Assembly: GCA_965228475.1 (NCBI GenBank)
Contig: OZ245817.1
Location: forward strand, 1,280,001 to 1,344,000
Length of the DNA stretch: 64,000 nt
Direction: 5' to 3'
DNA from: Myxococcota bacterium
Lineage (GTDB): Bacteria; Myxococcota_A; UBA9160; JAFDDA01
The notes under the pieces were generated by a model that was not told the origin of the DNA, made no database searches, and saw only the letters and a list, made by a program, of their open reading frames with translations. The translations under genes were made by a program, and so were the position numbers. The stretch's first letter is position 1. Each line of letters opens with the position of its first letter. Positions 1 through 8,745 of the stretch are shown here, in pieces.

Positions 1-186
1 GTCATCGCGCTCGGGTTGCCGGTGCAGCCGCTGTGTCGGGAAGAGTGTCGCGGGCTGTGCCCGCGCTGTGGAAATGATCGCAACCGCCAGGCGTGTGGTT
101 GCGAAGAGACGAAACCGGATTCGCCGTTCGCCGCTCTCGCCGCCCTGCGCGGGGAGCCCGACGGCCGCAAGCAAGGAGACTCCTGA
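1..186 (+). CDS. yceD: DUF177/YceD family protein, C-terminal fragment (5' truncated by window)
   Basis: Frame 1 reads ...LPVQPLCREECRGLCPRCGNDRNRQACGC...DSPFAALAAL, the typical YceD C-terminus; TGA 184-186 overlaps the rpmF ATG. Confidence 0.85.
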   Translation, partial: VIALGLPVQPLCREECRGLCPRCGNDRNRQACGCEETKPDSPFAALAALRGEPDGRKQGDS

Positions 187-371
187 TGGCCGTGCCCAAG
201 CGGCGGACTTCCCGCAGCCGGCGTGACAAGCGCCGTTCCCACCACGCGCTGGCCCAGCCTGCCCGTTCCGATTGCCCCCAGTGCAACGAGCCGCGTCTGC
301 CCCACCGCGTGTGCGGCAACTGCGGCTTCTACCGGGACAAGGTCGTCGTCGAGACCGACGACGAGATCTAG
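186..371 (+). CDS. rpmF: 50S ribosomal protein L32
   Basis: [19 protein letters not shown]...CPQC...[18 protein letters not shown] upstream. Confidence 0.97.
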   Translation: MAVPKRRTSRSRRDKRRSHHALAQPARSDCPQCNEPRLPHRVCGNCGFYRDKVVVETDDEI

Positions 372-374
372 CGC

Positions 375-1319
375 TTGCTGGCCCTGCTCTTTCCGGGCCA
401 GGGGTCCCAGAGCGTCGGCATGGGGCGCGACGTCCACGAGGCGTCGCCCGCCGCCCGCGCCGTGTTCGAGGCCGCCGACGACGCCCTCGGCTACTCGCTC
501 TCGAAGCTGTGCTTCGAGGGTCCCGACGATGCGCTGGTCCCGACGGAGGTCCAGCAGCCCGCGATCCTGACCGTGAGCATCGCCCTGCTGCGCGCGCTCG
601 AGGAGCAGGCACCGGTTCGCGCGGCGTACGTCGCGGGCCACAGCCTCGGGGAGTACAGCGCGCTCGTGGCCGCGGGGGCCGTGGACTTCGAAGACGCCGT
701 CCGTCTCGTGGCGGCGCGCGGCCGCTTCATGCAGGAGACCGTGGCGGCCGGCGAAGGGGCCATGGCGGCGGTCCTGAAGAGCACGCCCGAGGCCGTGGCC
801 GAGGCCTGCGCTGCCGAGTGCAGCGCCAGCGGGCGGGTGGTCGCACCGGCCAACTTCAACGCTCCGGCCCAGACGGTGATCGCCGGCCACACGGATGCCG
901 TCGAGGGCGCCTCGGAGCGGCTCGGCGCCGCCGGCGCCCGGGTGAAGCGCCTGGCCGTCTCGGCCCCGTTCCACTGCGAACTCATGGCGCCGGCCGCGGA
1001 GAAGCTGGCCGCGGAGCTCGCGACCGTCTCCTGGCGGGATCCGGCCGTGCCCGTCGTCAGCAACGTCGAGGCCGAGCCCAATGCCCGGGCCGCCGCGATC
1101 CCGGAACTCCTGCGGCGCCAGGTGACGGCGCCGGTGCGCTTCGTCGAGAGCGTCGCCCGGCTGGCGGGCCTCGGCGCGACCCATGCCCTGGAGGTCGGGC
1201 CGGGCCGGGTGCTCTCGGCCCTGGTGGCCCGAATCGAGAAGGGGCTCGAACGTCAGAACCTGGGGAAGGCCGAAGATCTGGCCCCGGCGCTCGCCTTCGT
1301 GAGCGCAGCCCAGGATTAG
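375..1319 (+). CDS. fabD: Malonyl-CoA:ACP transacylase
   Basis: [21 protein letters not shown] motifs; TTG start. Confidence 0.96.
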   Translation: MLALLFPGQGSQSVGMGRDVHEASPAARAVFEAADDALGYSLSKLCFEGPDDALVPTEVQQPAILTVSIALLRALEEQAPVRAAYVAGHSLGEYSALVAAGAVDFEDAVRLVAARGRFMQETVAAGEGAMAAVLKSTPEAVAEACAAECSASGRVVAPANFNAPAQTVIAGHTDAVEGASERLGAAGARVKRLAVSAPFHCELMAPAAEKLAAELATVSWRDPAVPVVSNVEAEPNARAAAIPELLRRQVTAPVRFVESVARLAGLGATHALEVGPGRVLSALVARIEKGLERQNLGKAEDLAPALAFVSAAQD

Positions 1320-1348
1320 GGCACAATACGCGAGAGGGTGGAGGAACC

Positions 1349-1585
1349 ATGTCGCTGGAAGATCGCGTGACGGAAATCATCATGGAGCAGCTGGGGGTCT
1401 CGCGAGAGCAGATCCGCCCGGAGGCTTCGTTCATCGACGACCTCGGTGCGGATTCGCTCGACATCGTCGAACTCGTGATGGCCATGGAGGAAGAGTTCGA
1501 CATCGAGATCCCGGACGAGGAAGCCGAGAAGATCCAGACCATCCGGGATGCCACCGGCTACCTCCAGAGCCAAGTCGATGTCTAG
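1349..1585 (+). CDS. acpP: Acyl carrier protein
   Basis: 78 aa, [20 protein letters not shown] phosphopantetheine site; GGAGG RBS. Confidence 0.97.
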   Translation: MSLEDRVTEIIMEQLGVSREQIRPEASFIDDLGADSLDIVELVMAMEEEFDIEIPDEEAEKIQTIRDATGYLQSQVDV

Positions 1586-2873
1586 CGGCTACTCCCCCGA
1601 AGCTTCGCGCAGTCACGCCCTGGCCGAGGCGGACCCGGACGTCGCCCGGCTGATCCGGGAGGAGGCGCGCCGGCAGGCGCTCTCCATCGAGCTGATCGCC
1701 TCGGAGAACTTCGTCTCCGACGCCGTGCTCGAGGCGGCCGGCACCGTGCTCACCAACAAGTACGCCGAGGGCTACCCCGGCCGGCGCTACTACGGCGGCT
1801 GCCACGTCGTCGACGAGATCGAGGACCTCGCCCGCGAGCGGGCCAAGGCGCTGTTCGGCGTCGACCACGTGAACGTGCAGCCCCACGCCGGTTCCCAGGC
1901 CAACGAAGCGGTCTACCGTGCGGTGCTCGACGTCGGCGACACCATCCTCGCCATGAACCTCGACCACGGCGGCCACCTGACCCACGGCAGCCCCGTGAAC
2001 TTCTCGGGCAAGCTCTACAACGTCGTGGCCTACGGCGTGCGCAAGGCGGACGAGCGCATCGATCTCGAGGAGGTGCGCCAGCTCGCGAAGGAGCACCGTC
2101 CGAAGCTCATCCAGTGCGGCTACACCGCCTACTCGCGTCAGGTCGACTTCGAGGGCTTCCGCGAGATCGCCGACGAGGTCGGGGCGGTGCTCTTCGCCGA
2201 CATCGCCCACATCGCGGGCCTCGTCGCGGCGGGCGTGCACCCGAGCCCGGCGGGCAAGGCGCACATCTTCACGACGACCACGCACAAGACCCTGCGCGGC
2301 CCCCGCGGCGGCATGATCCTGTGCGACAAGGAATGGGCGAAGAAGGTCGATTCCGCCGTCTTCCCGGGAGGGCAGGGCGGCCCGCTCATGCACGTGATCG
2401 CCGCCAAGGCCGTGGCGCTGCTCGAGGCGCAGCAGCCCTCCTTCAAGGCGTACTGCGAGCAGATCCTCGCCAACGCCCGCACCCTGGCCGAGGCCCTCGA
2501 CTCGGCCGGCGACTTCAAGATCGTCTCGGGCGGGACGGACACGCACCTGTTCCTGCTCTCGCTGGTCGAGCGCGACGTGACGGGCAAGGCCGCCGAGCTC
2601 TCGCTCGAGCGCGCCGGCATCACGGCCAACAAGAACATGGTGCCCTTCGATCCGCAGACGCCCTTCGTCACGTCGGGCCTGCGGCTCGGGACGCCCGCCG
2701 TCACGACGCGGGGGATGAAGGAGCCCGAGATGCGCGAGATCGCCGGCTTCATCGCCCGCGGCCTCGAGAACCACGGGGACGTCGAAGCCCTCGACGCGAT
2801 CCGGCAGGAGGTGGAGAAGCTCTGCCGCCGCTTCCCGCTCTATCCGGGTCGCTGGGACGACGACGCCGCCTGA
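1578..2873 (+). CDS. glyA: Serine hydroxymethyltransferase
   Basis: [31 protein letters not shown] motifs. Confidence 0.97.
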   Translation: MSSGYSPEASRSHALAEADPDVARLIREEARRQALSIELIASENFVSDAVLEAAGTVLTNKYAEGYPGRRYYGGCHVVDEIEDLARERAKALFGVDHVNVQPHAGSQANEAVYRAVLDVGDTILAMNLDHGGHLTHGSPVNFSGKLYNVVAYGVRKADERIDLEEVRQLAKEHRPKLIQCGYTAYSRQVDFEGFREIADEVGAVLFADIAHIAGLVAAGVHPSPAGKAHIFTTTTHKTLRGPRGGMILCDKEWAKKVDSAVFPGGQGGPLMHVIAAKAVALLEAQQPSFKAYCEQILANARTLAEALDSAGDFKIVSGGTDTHLFLLSLVERDVTGKAAELSLERAGITANKNMVPFDPQTPFVTSGLRLGTPAVTTRGMKEPEMREIAGFIARGLENHGDVEALDAIRQEVEKLCRRFPLYPGRWDDDAA

Positions 2874-2950
2874 ACCGCCGACGACCCGGGCGTCGCGGGT
2901 GAACGGGGGCGTCGGCCGCCGTCGACCCGGGCGCCCACGCTGGAGCCTGC

Positions 2951-3415
2951 GTGCGCTGCCCGTACTGCGCCATGGAAGACAATCGCGTGATCGATTCGCG
3001 ATTGGGCCGCGACGGCGAGGAGATTCGCCGCCGGCGCGAGTGCCTGGAGTGCCAGCGGCGCTTCACCACCCGCGAGCGCGTCGAGTACGTCCTGCCGAAG
3101 ATCGTGAAGCGCGACGAGCGGCGCGAAGAGTACTCCCGGGCCAAGCTCCTGAGCAGTCTCCAGAAGGCCTGCGCGAAGACCTCCGTCTCCGTCGACGCCA
3201 TCGACCACATCGCCGAGCGCGTGGAGCTCTCGCTCCAGGACAGCGGTGAGAGCGAGCTCTCGAGCCGCCGCGTCGGGGAGCGCGTGATGGAGGAGCTGCT
3301 CTCCCTCGATGCCATGGCGGCGGTGCGCTTCGCCTCCGTCTTCGAGCGCTTCGAGAGCCGCGACGACTACGAGGCGTTCTTCTCCCGCTTCGCGACCCTG
3401 CGCCGCGGGAAGTAG
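2951..3415 (+). CDS. nrdR: Transcriptional repressor NrdR
   Basis: MRCPYC...VIDSR...IRRRRECLEC..RFTT zinc ribbon plus ATP cone. Confidence 0.95.
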   Translation: MRCPYCAMEDNRVIDSRLGRDGEEIRRRRECLECQRRFTTRERVEYVLPKIVKRDERREEYSRAKLLSSLQKACAKTSVSVDAIDHIAERVELSLQDSGESELSSRRVGERVMEELLSLDAMAAVRFASVFERFESRDDYEAFFSRFATLRRGK

Positions 3416-3417
3416 CG

Positions 3418-4629
3418 ATGGCCGGCCGTCGCTCGAAACCGCGGAGCGGCAAGGGCCGCGGCTCGAGCTCCGCGAAGCGCCGCGCGCCGAAGCCGGGCGC
3501 CGCCGACGAACGCTTCATGGGCCAGGCCGTCGCCGCGGCGCGCCGCATGCTCGGGCGCACCCCGCCGAATCCGACCGTCGGGGCCGTCGTCGTCCGCGGT
3601 GGCGAAGTGCTGGCGCGGGGAGCGACCCGCCCGGCCGGCGGCGCCCACGCCGAGATCGTCGCGCTCACCCGGGCGCTCGCACGCCACGGCCCGAAGGCCC
3701 TGCGCGGTGCCACGCTCTACTCGACCCTCGAACCGTGCTCGCACCGCGGACGCACCGGGCCCTGCGCCGACGCGATCGTCGATGCAGGGATCCGGCGTGT
3801 CGTGATCGGCCAGCGCGATCCGAGCGATTGGGTGAACGGGCGCGGCATCCGAAGGCTTCGCCGGGCCGGGCTCGACGTGGAGGTTGGCGTGCTCGAAGCC
3901 GCGTGCCGCGAGCTCCACCGGGGCTACGTCTCGGTGATCGAGCGCGGCCGCCCCTTCGTGGCGCTGAAACTCGCCGGCACGCTCGACGGCCGCATCGCCG
4001 CGGCCAGCGGCGAATCGCGCTGGATCACCGGCCCCGAAGCCCGCGCGCGGGTGCACCGCCTGCGCGACCGGTTCGACGCGCTGCTCGTCGGCTCCGAGAC
4101 CGCGCTTGCGGACGACCCGCGGCTCGACGTCCGGCGCGGGAGCCGCGTGGTGCGCCGCCCGGTCGCGGTCGTGGTCGACTCGAAGCTCCGGGTCGGGCAC
4201 ACGGCGCGCCTGCACGCAGGCCCGGCCCGAAGCATCGCGGTCTGTACGAAGGAAGCGCCGGCACGGCGCCGAGCCGCGCTCGAAGCGGCGGGGGTCGAGG
4301 TGCTCGCGGTGCGCGGCCGGCGCGGGCGGGTCGACCTGCGGGCCGGGCTCGAGGCCCTCGCGAAGGCCGGCCTCACGCGGGTGTGGGTCGAGGGCGGGGG
4401 TGTCCTCGCCGCCGGCCTGCTCGAGCGCGACCTCGTCGACGAGGTTCACTGGTTCGCCGCACCGACCCTGCTCGGCGGCGACGGCCGGCCGGCCCTCGGG
4501 CCGATCGGGGCCGCGCGCCTCTCGCGCGCCGTCCACCTCGAGGCGCCGGAGGTGCGCCGGGTGGGGCAGGACCTGTACGTTCGGGGGGAGCCGCGGCGCG
4601 GATCGCCCCGGCGGAAGGAACCACGTTGA
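3418..4629 (+). CDS. ribD: Riboflavin biosynthesis deaminase/reductase
   Basis: PNPTVGAV, HAE, TLEPCSH...PC, TLDGRIA, VEGGG motifs. Confidence 0.95.
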   Translation: MAGRRSKPRSGKGRGSSSAKRRAPKPGAADERFMGQAVAAARRMLGRTPPNPTVGAVVVRGGEVLARGATRPAGGAHAEIVALTRALARHGPKALRGATLYSTLEPCSHRGRTGPCADAIVDAGIRRVVIGQRDPSDWVNGRGIRRLRRAGLDVEVGVLEAACRELHRGYVSVIERGRPFVALKLAGTLDGRIAAASGESRWITGPEARARVHRLRDRFDALLVGSETALADDPRLDVRRGSRVVRRPVAVVVDSKLRVGHTARLHAGPARSIAVCTKEAPARRRAALEAAGVEVLAVRGRRGRVDLRAGLEALAKAGLTRVWVEGGGVLAAGLLERDLVDEVHWFAAPTLLGGDGRPALGPIGAARLSRAVHLEAPEVRRVGQDLYVRGEPRRGSPRRKEPR

Positions 4630-5099
4630 AGACCTACCCGTCCCCGGGCGAGGCCCCGGGCCAGCGCTTCGCGATCGTCGTCGCCCGTTTCAACCAGCTC
4701 GTGACCGCCCGCCTGCTCGAGGGCGCCGTGGGCGAGTTCGAAGCGCGCGGCGTCGCGCCCGACGACGTGCACGTGGCCTGGGTGCCCGGCGCCTTCGAGA
4801 TCCCCCAGGCTGCACGCGTCCTGGCGGAGACGGGGCGGTACGCCGGCGTCGTGACCCTCGGCGCGGTGATCCGGGGTGGGACGCCCCACTTCGACTACGT
4901 CTGCGACGCCGTGACCGCCGGCGTGCGCGAAGCGGGCCGCGACACGGGCGTTCCCGTGGTCTTCGGCGTGCTCACCGTCGACGACGTCGACCAGGCGATG
5001 GAGCGCTGCGGTGACGACGACAACAAGGGCGCCGAAGCCGCCGCGGTCGCGATCGAGATGGCCGGCCTTCTCCCGGCGCTGAAATCGCCGCCCGAATGA
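4626..5099 (+). CDS. ribH: 6,7-dimethyl-8-ribityllumazine synthase
   Basis: IVVARFN, VPGAFEIP, VIRGGTPHFDYV, FGVLT; TTG start overlapping the ribD stop. Confidence 0.95.
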   Translation: MKTYPSPGEAPGQRFAIVVARFNQLVTARLLEGAVGEFEARGVAPDDVHVAWVPGAFEIPQAARVLAETGRYAGVVTLGAVIRGGTPHFDYVCDAVTAGVREAGRDTGVPVVFGVLTVDDVDQAMERCGDDDNKGAEAAAVAIEMAGLLPALKSPPE

Positions 5100-5602
5100 G
5101 CACGGCCGCTCCGGAAAGCCCGCGCAAGCGGTCGCGGGCGGCTGCCCTGCAGGTGCTCTTCTCCCTCGAGTTCGGGAAGTCCGAGCCCGGCGTGGAGGCC
5201 GAAGCGGTGAGCGTGGGATCGGGGGACGTCGCGAGGGCCCAGGCCGCCTTCGACGAGGTCGGCGTGCACTTCGAGCTGCCCGAAGGGGCGCGGGCCTTCG
5301 CGAAGGAGCTCGTACTCGGCGTCGCGAACCACCGGGCGGCCCTCGACGCACTCGTTGCCGAGCACGCGCGCAACTGGCGGATCGAGCGCATGGCCTCCGT
5401 CGATCGCAACGTTCTCCGACTCGGCGCCTACGAACTCGCGCACGGGGAGGCGCCGGTCCCCGTGGTGATCGACGAGTCCGTCGAGCTTGCGCGGCGCTTC
5501 GGTGGCGACCGCTCGCCGGCCTTCGTGAACGGCGTGCTCGACGCCATCGCCGCCCACGTCCGCCCGCCCGAAGACCGCTCGCGCGCGGAGGGCGAGGGAT
5601 GA
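5096..5602 (+). CDS. nusB: Transcription antitermination factor NusB
   Basis: WRIERMASVDRNVLRL, VVIDESVELARRF, FVNGVLD; follows ribH. Confidence 0.95.
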   Translation: MSTAAPESPRKRSRAAALQVLFSLEFGKSEPGVEAEAVSVGSGDVARAQAAFDEVGVHFELPEGARAFAKELVLGVANHRAALDALVAEHARNWRIERMASVDRNVLRLGAYELAHGEAPVPVVIDESVELARRFGGDRSPAFVNGVLDAIAAHVRPPEDRSRAEGEG

Positions 5603-6264
5603 GCGCGACGCTGCGCATCGAGCTCGCGACGGATCCCGTCGAACGCCTGGCCGCCGATGCGGTCGTGGCCTTCTGCTTCGACGACGACCGGCCCCTGCGC
5701 GGCCCCGCCGGCCGCGCGGACTGGCGCCTGTGCGGCGACCTCTCGCGCTTCGTCGCGAGCCACGAGGCCGCGGAGGTGCTCGAGCGCGGCGCCCTGCTCC
5801 TGCCGACGGCGGGCCGGCTGCGTTCCCCGCGCCTGCTGTTGATCGGCCTCGGGCCCGCCGGGGACTTCACCCCCGACGCCTGCGCCCACGCCGTCCGCGA
5901 CGCGGTCGCCCGGCTCGTGGCTCTGCGCACGGGCTCGGCCGCGCTCGGGCCGCCCGGGTCCTGGCTCGACCGCCTGCCCGTCGGCATCGGCGCCCAGGCC
6001 TGCCTGCGGGGCGCCGTGGCCGCGCTCGCCGAAGCCGGGGGAACGCTCCAGCTGCGTCTGGTGACTTCCCCCGAGCACGTCGCACGCTTCCTGCGCGGGC
6101 TCGAAGCCGCCCGCGACGCCGTGGCCGACCGTGGGGTCGAGATCGTCCTGCCTGACCGGGAACGGGTCCCCACGGCGGCCCGCCCGCCGGCGGCCCGGCC
6201 GCTGCGTCCGCCCGCGTCCGGCCCGGCGCCGCCGCGCGTCACGCCCTCGCCCCGGGCCGGGTGA
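5599..6264 (+). CDS. Stand-alone protein resembling the M17 leucyl aminopeptidase N-terminal domain (no catalytic domain)
   Basis: DDRPLRGPAGRADWRLCGDLSR and LLLIGLG segments; ATGA-coupled to nusB. Confidence 0.6.
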   Translation: MSATLRIELATDPVERLAADAVVAFCFDDDRPLRGPAGRADWRLCGDLSRFVASHEAAEVLERGALLLPTAGRLRSPRLLLIGLGPAGDFTPDACAHAVRDAVARLVALRTGSAALGPPGSWLDRLPVGIGAQACLRGAVAALAEAGGTLQLRLVTSPEHVARFLRGLEAARDAVADRGVEIVLPDRERVPTAARPPAARPLRPPASGPAPPRVTPSPRAG

Positions 6265-6274
6265 GCTTCCCGGC

Positions 6275-6300
6275 TTAAGTCCCCCCACGGCTGGCCGATT
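6275..6300 (+). promoter_or_regulatory. Putative sigma28 (FliA-type) promoter
   Basis: TTAAG(6275-79)-N14-GCCGATT(6294-6300) upstream of the DUF4388 gene. Confidence 0.6.
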
Positions 6301-6356
6301 CACCGGATGACCATGCGCGTGCGGAAGCGGCAGAGCGGCCTCCACTCGAGGTACGA

Positions 6357-8213
6357 ATGAGCCTCGTCGGAAACCTCGAGGACCTCGGTCTCGGGGACAT
6401 CATGCAGATCATCACGCTCTCCCGGAAATCGGGAGCGCTGTGCCTGCGTTCGGACCAGCGGGAAGGCCGCGTCGTCTTCCGCGATGGGCTCGTGTGCTGT
6501 GCGGCGGTGAAGGGCCGGACGCCGGACCTGCGCGGTCTGGTCGTGGGCGAAGGCGCGCTGACCGACGAGGCCTTCGAAGCCGCCCAGGCCGACGCCTCCG
6601 CGCGCTCCGTCGAGCTGGCCGTCGCCCTGGCCGACGCCCTCACGCCGGCCCGCTTCGAAACGCTGCGGCGCGAATGCGTGGAAGCGGCCGTGCTCGAGAT
6701 GTTCGGCTGGGAGACCGGCGACTTCAGCTTCGAGGTCGGCGAGGACGCCCCGGACGACGACTTCGCGGTGGTCCTCGAGGCCGGGATCAACGCCCAGTAC
6801 CTCGCCATGGAAGGGACCCGGCGGACCGACGAGGATCGCCACGAGGCGGCGGCCGACCCGGGCGACGTCGCGAGCTTCGCCGACCTGGCCGAAGAGATCG
6901 ACGAGGAGGACGCCGCCGAAGCCGCCCCCGAGGTCGTGGCGGCCCCGGACGCAGGCCCGGCGGACGCCGTCGAAGCCGTGGCCTTCGCCAGCGTCCAGCG
7001 TGTCGAAGAATCGGACGGGACCGTGCCTCCCGTCGACGAAGCGGCCCAGACCGTTCCTCCGGCCGACGAAGCGGCCTTGCCGCCCGCCGTGGCGGTCGCC
7101 GCGCCCGAGGCAACCGAAGCCGTCGCCGAAGCGACCGTTCCTCCCGCGCCCGTCCGCACCGAGGCGGCGGTGGAAGAGGCTTTCGCCAGCGCGCTCTACG
7201 GCGCCGGCGGCTCGGACTCGGACCAGGAAGCCGTCGTCGAAGCGGCGCCGCCCGCCGACCTGCCCGCGCCCGCGGAGCGCCCGCCGGTGGTGATCGTCGA
7301 CGCGGCCCTTCCGCTGCTCGAGTGGCTGAAGGACACCCTCGAAGGGGCCTTCCCGCGCATCCACATCTTCCAGCAGGCGGAGCTCGCCGTCGGGCGCCTG
7401 CGCCAGTACGTGGCCCGCGGCGACTGGCCGCTCGTCCTGATCTCGCCGACGCTGCCCATCGACGGCGCCCACGGCTGGAACGACGTCGACGAACTCGTCG
7501 CCCGGATCAAGAGGCAGTCGCCGCGCTCGGTGGTCCTCTGGCTCGGTGAGCGGGGGGAGATCGGGCCCGCCGACGGCGAGGTCGTGCGCCCGCCGGACCC
7601 CTCGGTGGTGCACCTGTCCGGCCGGGATCCCCTGGTCGGGGAATCCCTGCGCAACTCGCTGCTCTCCGCGATCGGCGGGGTCGCCTCGGCGGAACTCGCG
7701 AACACCGCGACGACGCTCGGCTTCGAGGAAGTCCGCGCGCGTCTGGCCGACCCGGAAGTGCGCGGTGAGGTCCTGAATCTGGCGCTCGGCTTCGCGGGCG
7801 GCGTCTTCCGCCGCGTGGCGCTGTTCGCGGTGCGCGGCAACGAGGCCACCGGCCTCGCCCAGAGCCGCCTCGCGGTCGCCGGGGGGCCCGACGACGAGGC
7901 GCTCCAGGCGATCCGCGTCCGCGTCGCCGAATCGGCCTGGCTCGCCCGCCTGGTCGAGACCCGCTCGCCCGTCCGCGGACCGGCCGAGGGGGAAGAGGAC
8001 GCGCGCCTCTGTGCCCAGCTCGGCGACGCCCTGCCGGCGGACGCCTGGCTCGGCCCCGTGGTGTCGGGCGGCCAGGTGGTGGCTTTCCTCTACGGGGACG
8101 AGCTTCCCGAGGACCGCCGCGTCGGCCCGACCGGCGAACTCGAGACCGTCCTCGCCGATGCCGGCCGCGCGCTCGACGCCGCCGTCGCCGAACGCGCCCA
8201 GGGCGAGCGCTAG
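6357..8213 (+). CDS. DUF4388 domain protein with acidic Ala/Pro linker, possible degenerate receiver domain and GAF-like C-terminus
   Basis: MSLVGNLEDLGLGDIMQIITLSRKSGAL...FGWETGDFSF is DUF4388-like; C-terminal VVAFLYGD is GAF-like. Confidence 0.75.
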   Translation: MSLVGNLEDLGLGDIMQIITLSRKSGALCLRSDQREGRVVFRDGLVCCAAVKGRTPDLRGLVVGEGALTDEAFEAAQADASARSVELAVALADALTPARFETLRRECVEAAVLEMFGWETGDFSFEVGEDAPDDDFAVVLEAGINAQYLAMEGTRRTDEDRHEAAADPGDVASFADLAEEIDEEDAAEAAPEVVAAPDAGPADAVEAVAFASVQRVEESDGTVPPVDEAAQTVPPADEAALPPAVAVAAPEATEAVAEATVPPAPVRTEAAVEEAFASALYGAGGSDSDQEAVVEAAPPADLPAPAERPPVVIVDAALPLLEWLKDTLEGAFPRIHIFQQAELAVGRLRQYVARGDWPLVLISPTLPIDGAHGWNDVDELVARIKRQSPRSVVLWLGERGEIGPADGEVVRPPDPSVVHLSGRDPLVGESLRNSLLSAIGGVASAELANTATTLGFEEVRARLADPEVRGEVLNLALGFAGGVFRRVALFAVRGNEATGLAQSRLAVAGGPDDEALQAIRVRVAESAWLARLVETRSPVRGPAEGEEDARLCAQLGDALPADAWLGPVVSGGQVVAFLYGDELPEDRRVGPTGELETVLADAGRALDAAVAERAQGER

Positions 8214-8290
8214 CCGGACCCGGCGCCCGCGCCCTCACGCCGCCGCCTGCGGGAAAGCCGCCGAGGACGCCCCAGGCTCCCGGTTTCCCT

Positions 8291-8316
8291 TCAAGCCGCC
8301 CCCGGTCGCGCCGATA
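8291..8316 (+). promoter_or_regulatory. Putative sigma28 (FliA-type) promoter of the chemosensory operon
   Basis: TCAAG(8291-95)-N14-GCCGATA(8310-16), 45 nt before the first cheY. Confidence 0.75.
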
Positions 8317-8361
8317 CGTTCCGTGTCGAATTCCCGAGCGTTTTCGCGGAGGAGAGGTGGC

Positions 8362-8742
8362 ATGCAGCGCATCCTCATCGTCGAGGATTCCGAGACCATG
8401 CGCGCCCTGTTGGCTTCCACGTTGGAGGAGCTTTCGGGGGGTGTGAAGATCACCGAGGCCGCGAGTGGTTTCGAAGCGCTGCGCTGTCTTCCGCGCGACA
8501 GCTACGACCTCATCGTGACCGACATCAACATGCCCGACATCAACGGGCTCGAACTCGTTTCCTTCGCGAAGAGCAACGACGCGTATCGCGACATCCCGCT
8601 CATCATCATCTCGACCGAAGGTTCGGATCGCGACCGCGAGCGCGGCATGTCGCTCGGTGCCGACGCGTACCTCGTCAAGCCGTTCGATCCGGACGAGCTG
8701 CGCGAGGTGGCGACCGGCTTGCTGGAACGGCGGGCGGGGTAG
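8362..8742 (+). CDS. cheY: Single-domain response regulator, CheY-like
   Basis: ILIVEDS, DLIVTDINMP, YLVKPF; GAGG RBS. Confidence 0.88.
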   Translation: MQRILIVEDSETMRALLASTLEELSGGVKITEAASGFEALRCLPRDSYDLIVTDINMPDINGLELVSFAKSNDAYRDIPLIIISTEGSDRDRERGMSLGADAYLVKPFDPDELREVATGLLERRAG

Positions 8743-8745
8743 CGC

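Noticed and set aside
272..1585. 437-aa ORF ending in ACP, and similar apparent fusions (3309-5099, 14598-18344, 41000-43348, 43454-45682, 53933-56956)
   Set aside because: The upstream parts are off-frame read-through of neighbouring genes; real starts are internal, with an RBS or stop/start overlap.
2870..2951. glyA-nrdR gap as a full relay (CTG 2870 to TGA 2902, then GTG 2899; partial repeat CGACCCGGGCG)
   Set aside because: It needs a CTG start, and the second ORF runs out of frame past the nrdR start, so the chain does not close.
6261..6360. Bridge between the M17-N gene and the DUF4388 gene
   Set aside because: GTG 6261 stops at TAA after 5 codons. A separate 17-codon ORF (6307-6360) overlaps the DUF4388 start but is not linked upstream. 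Counted as a counter-example.
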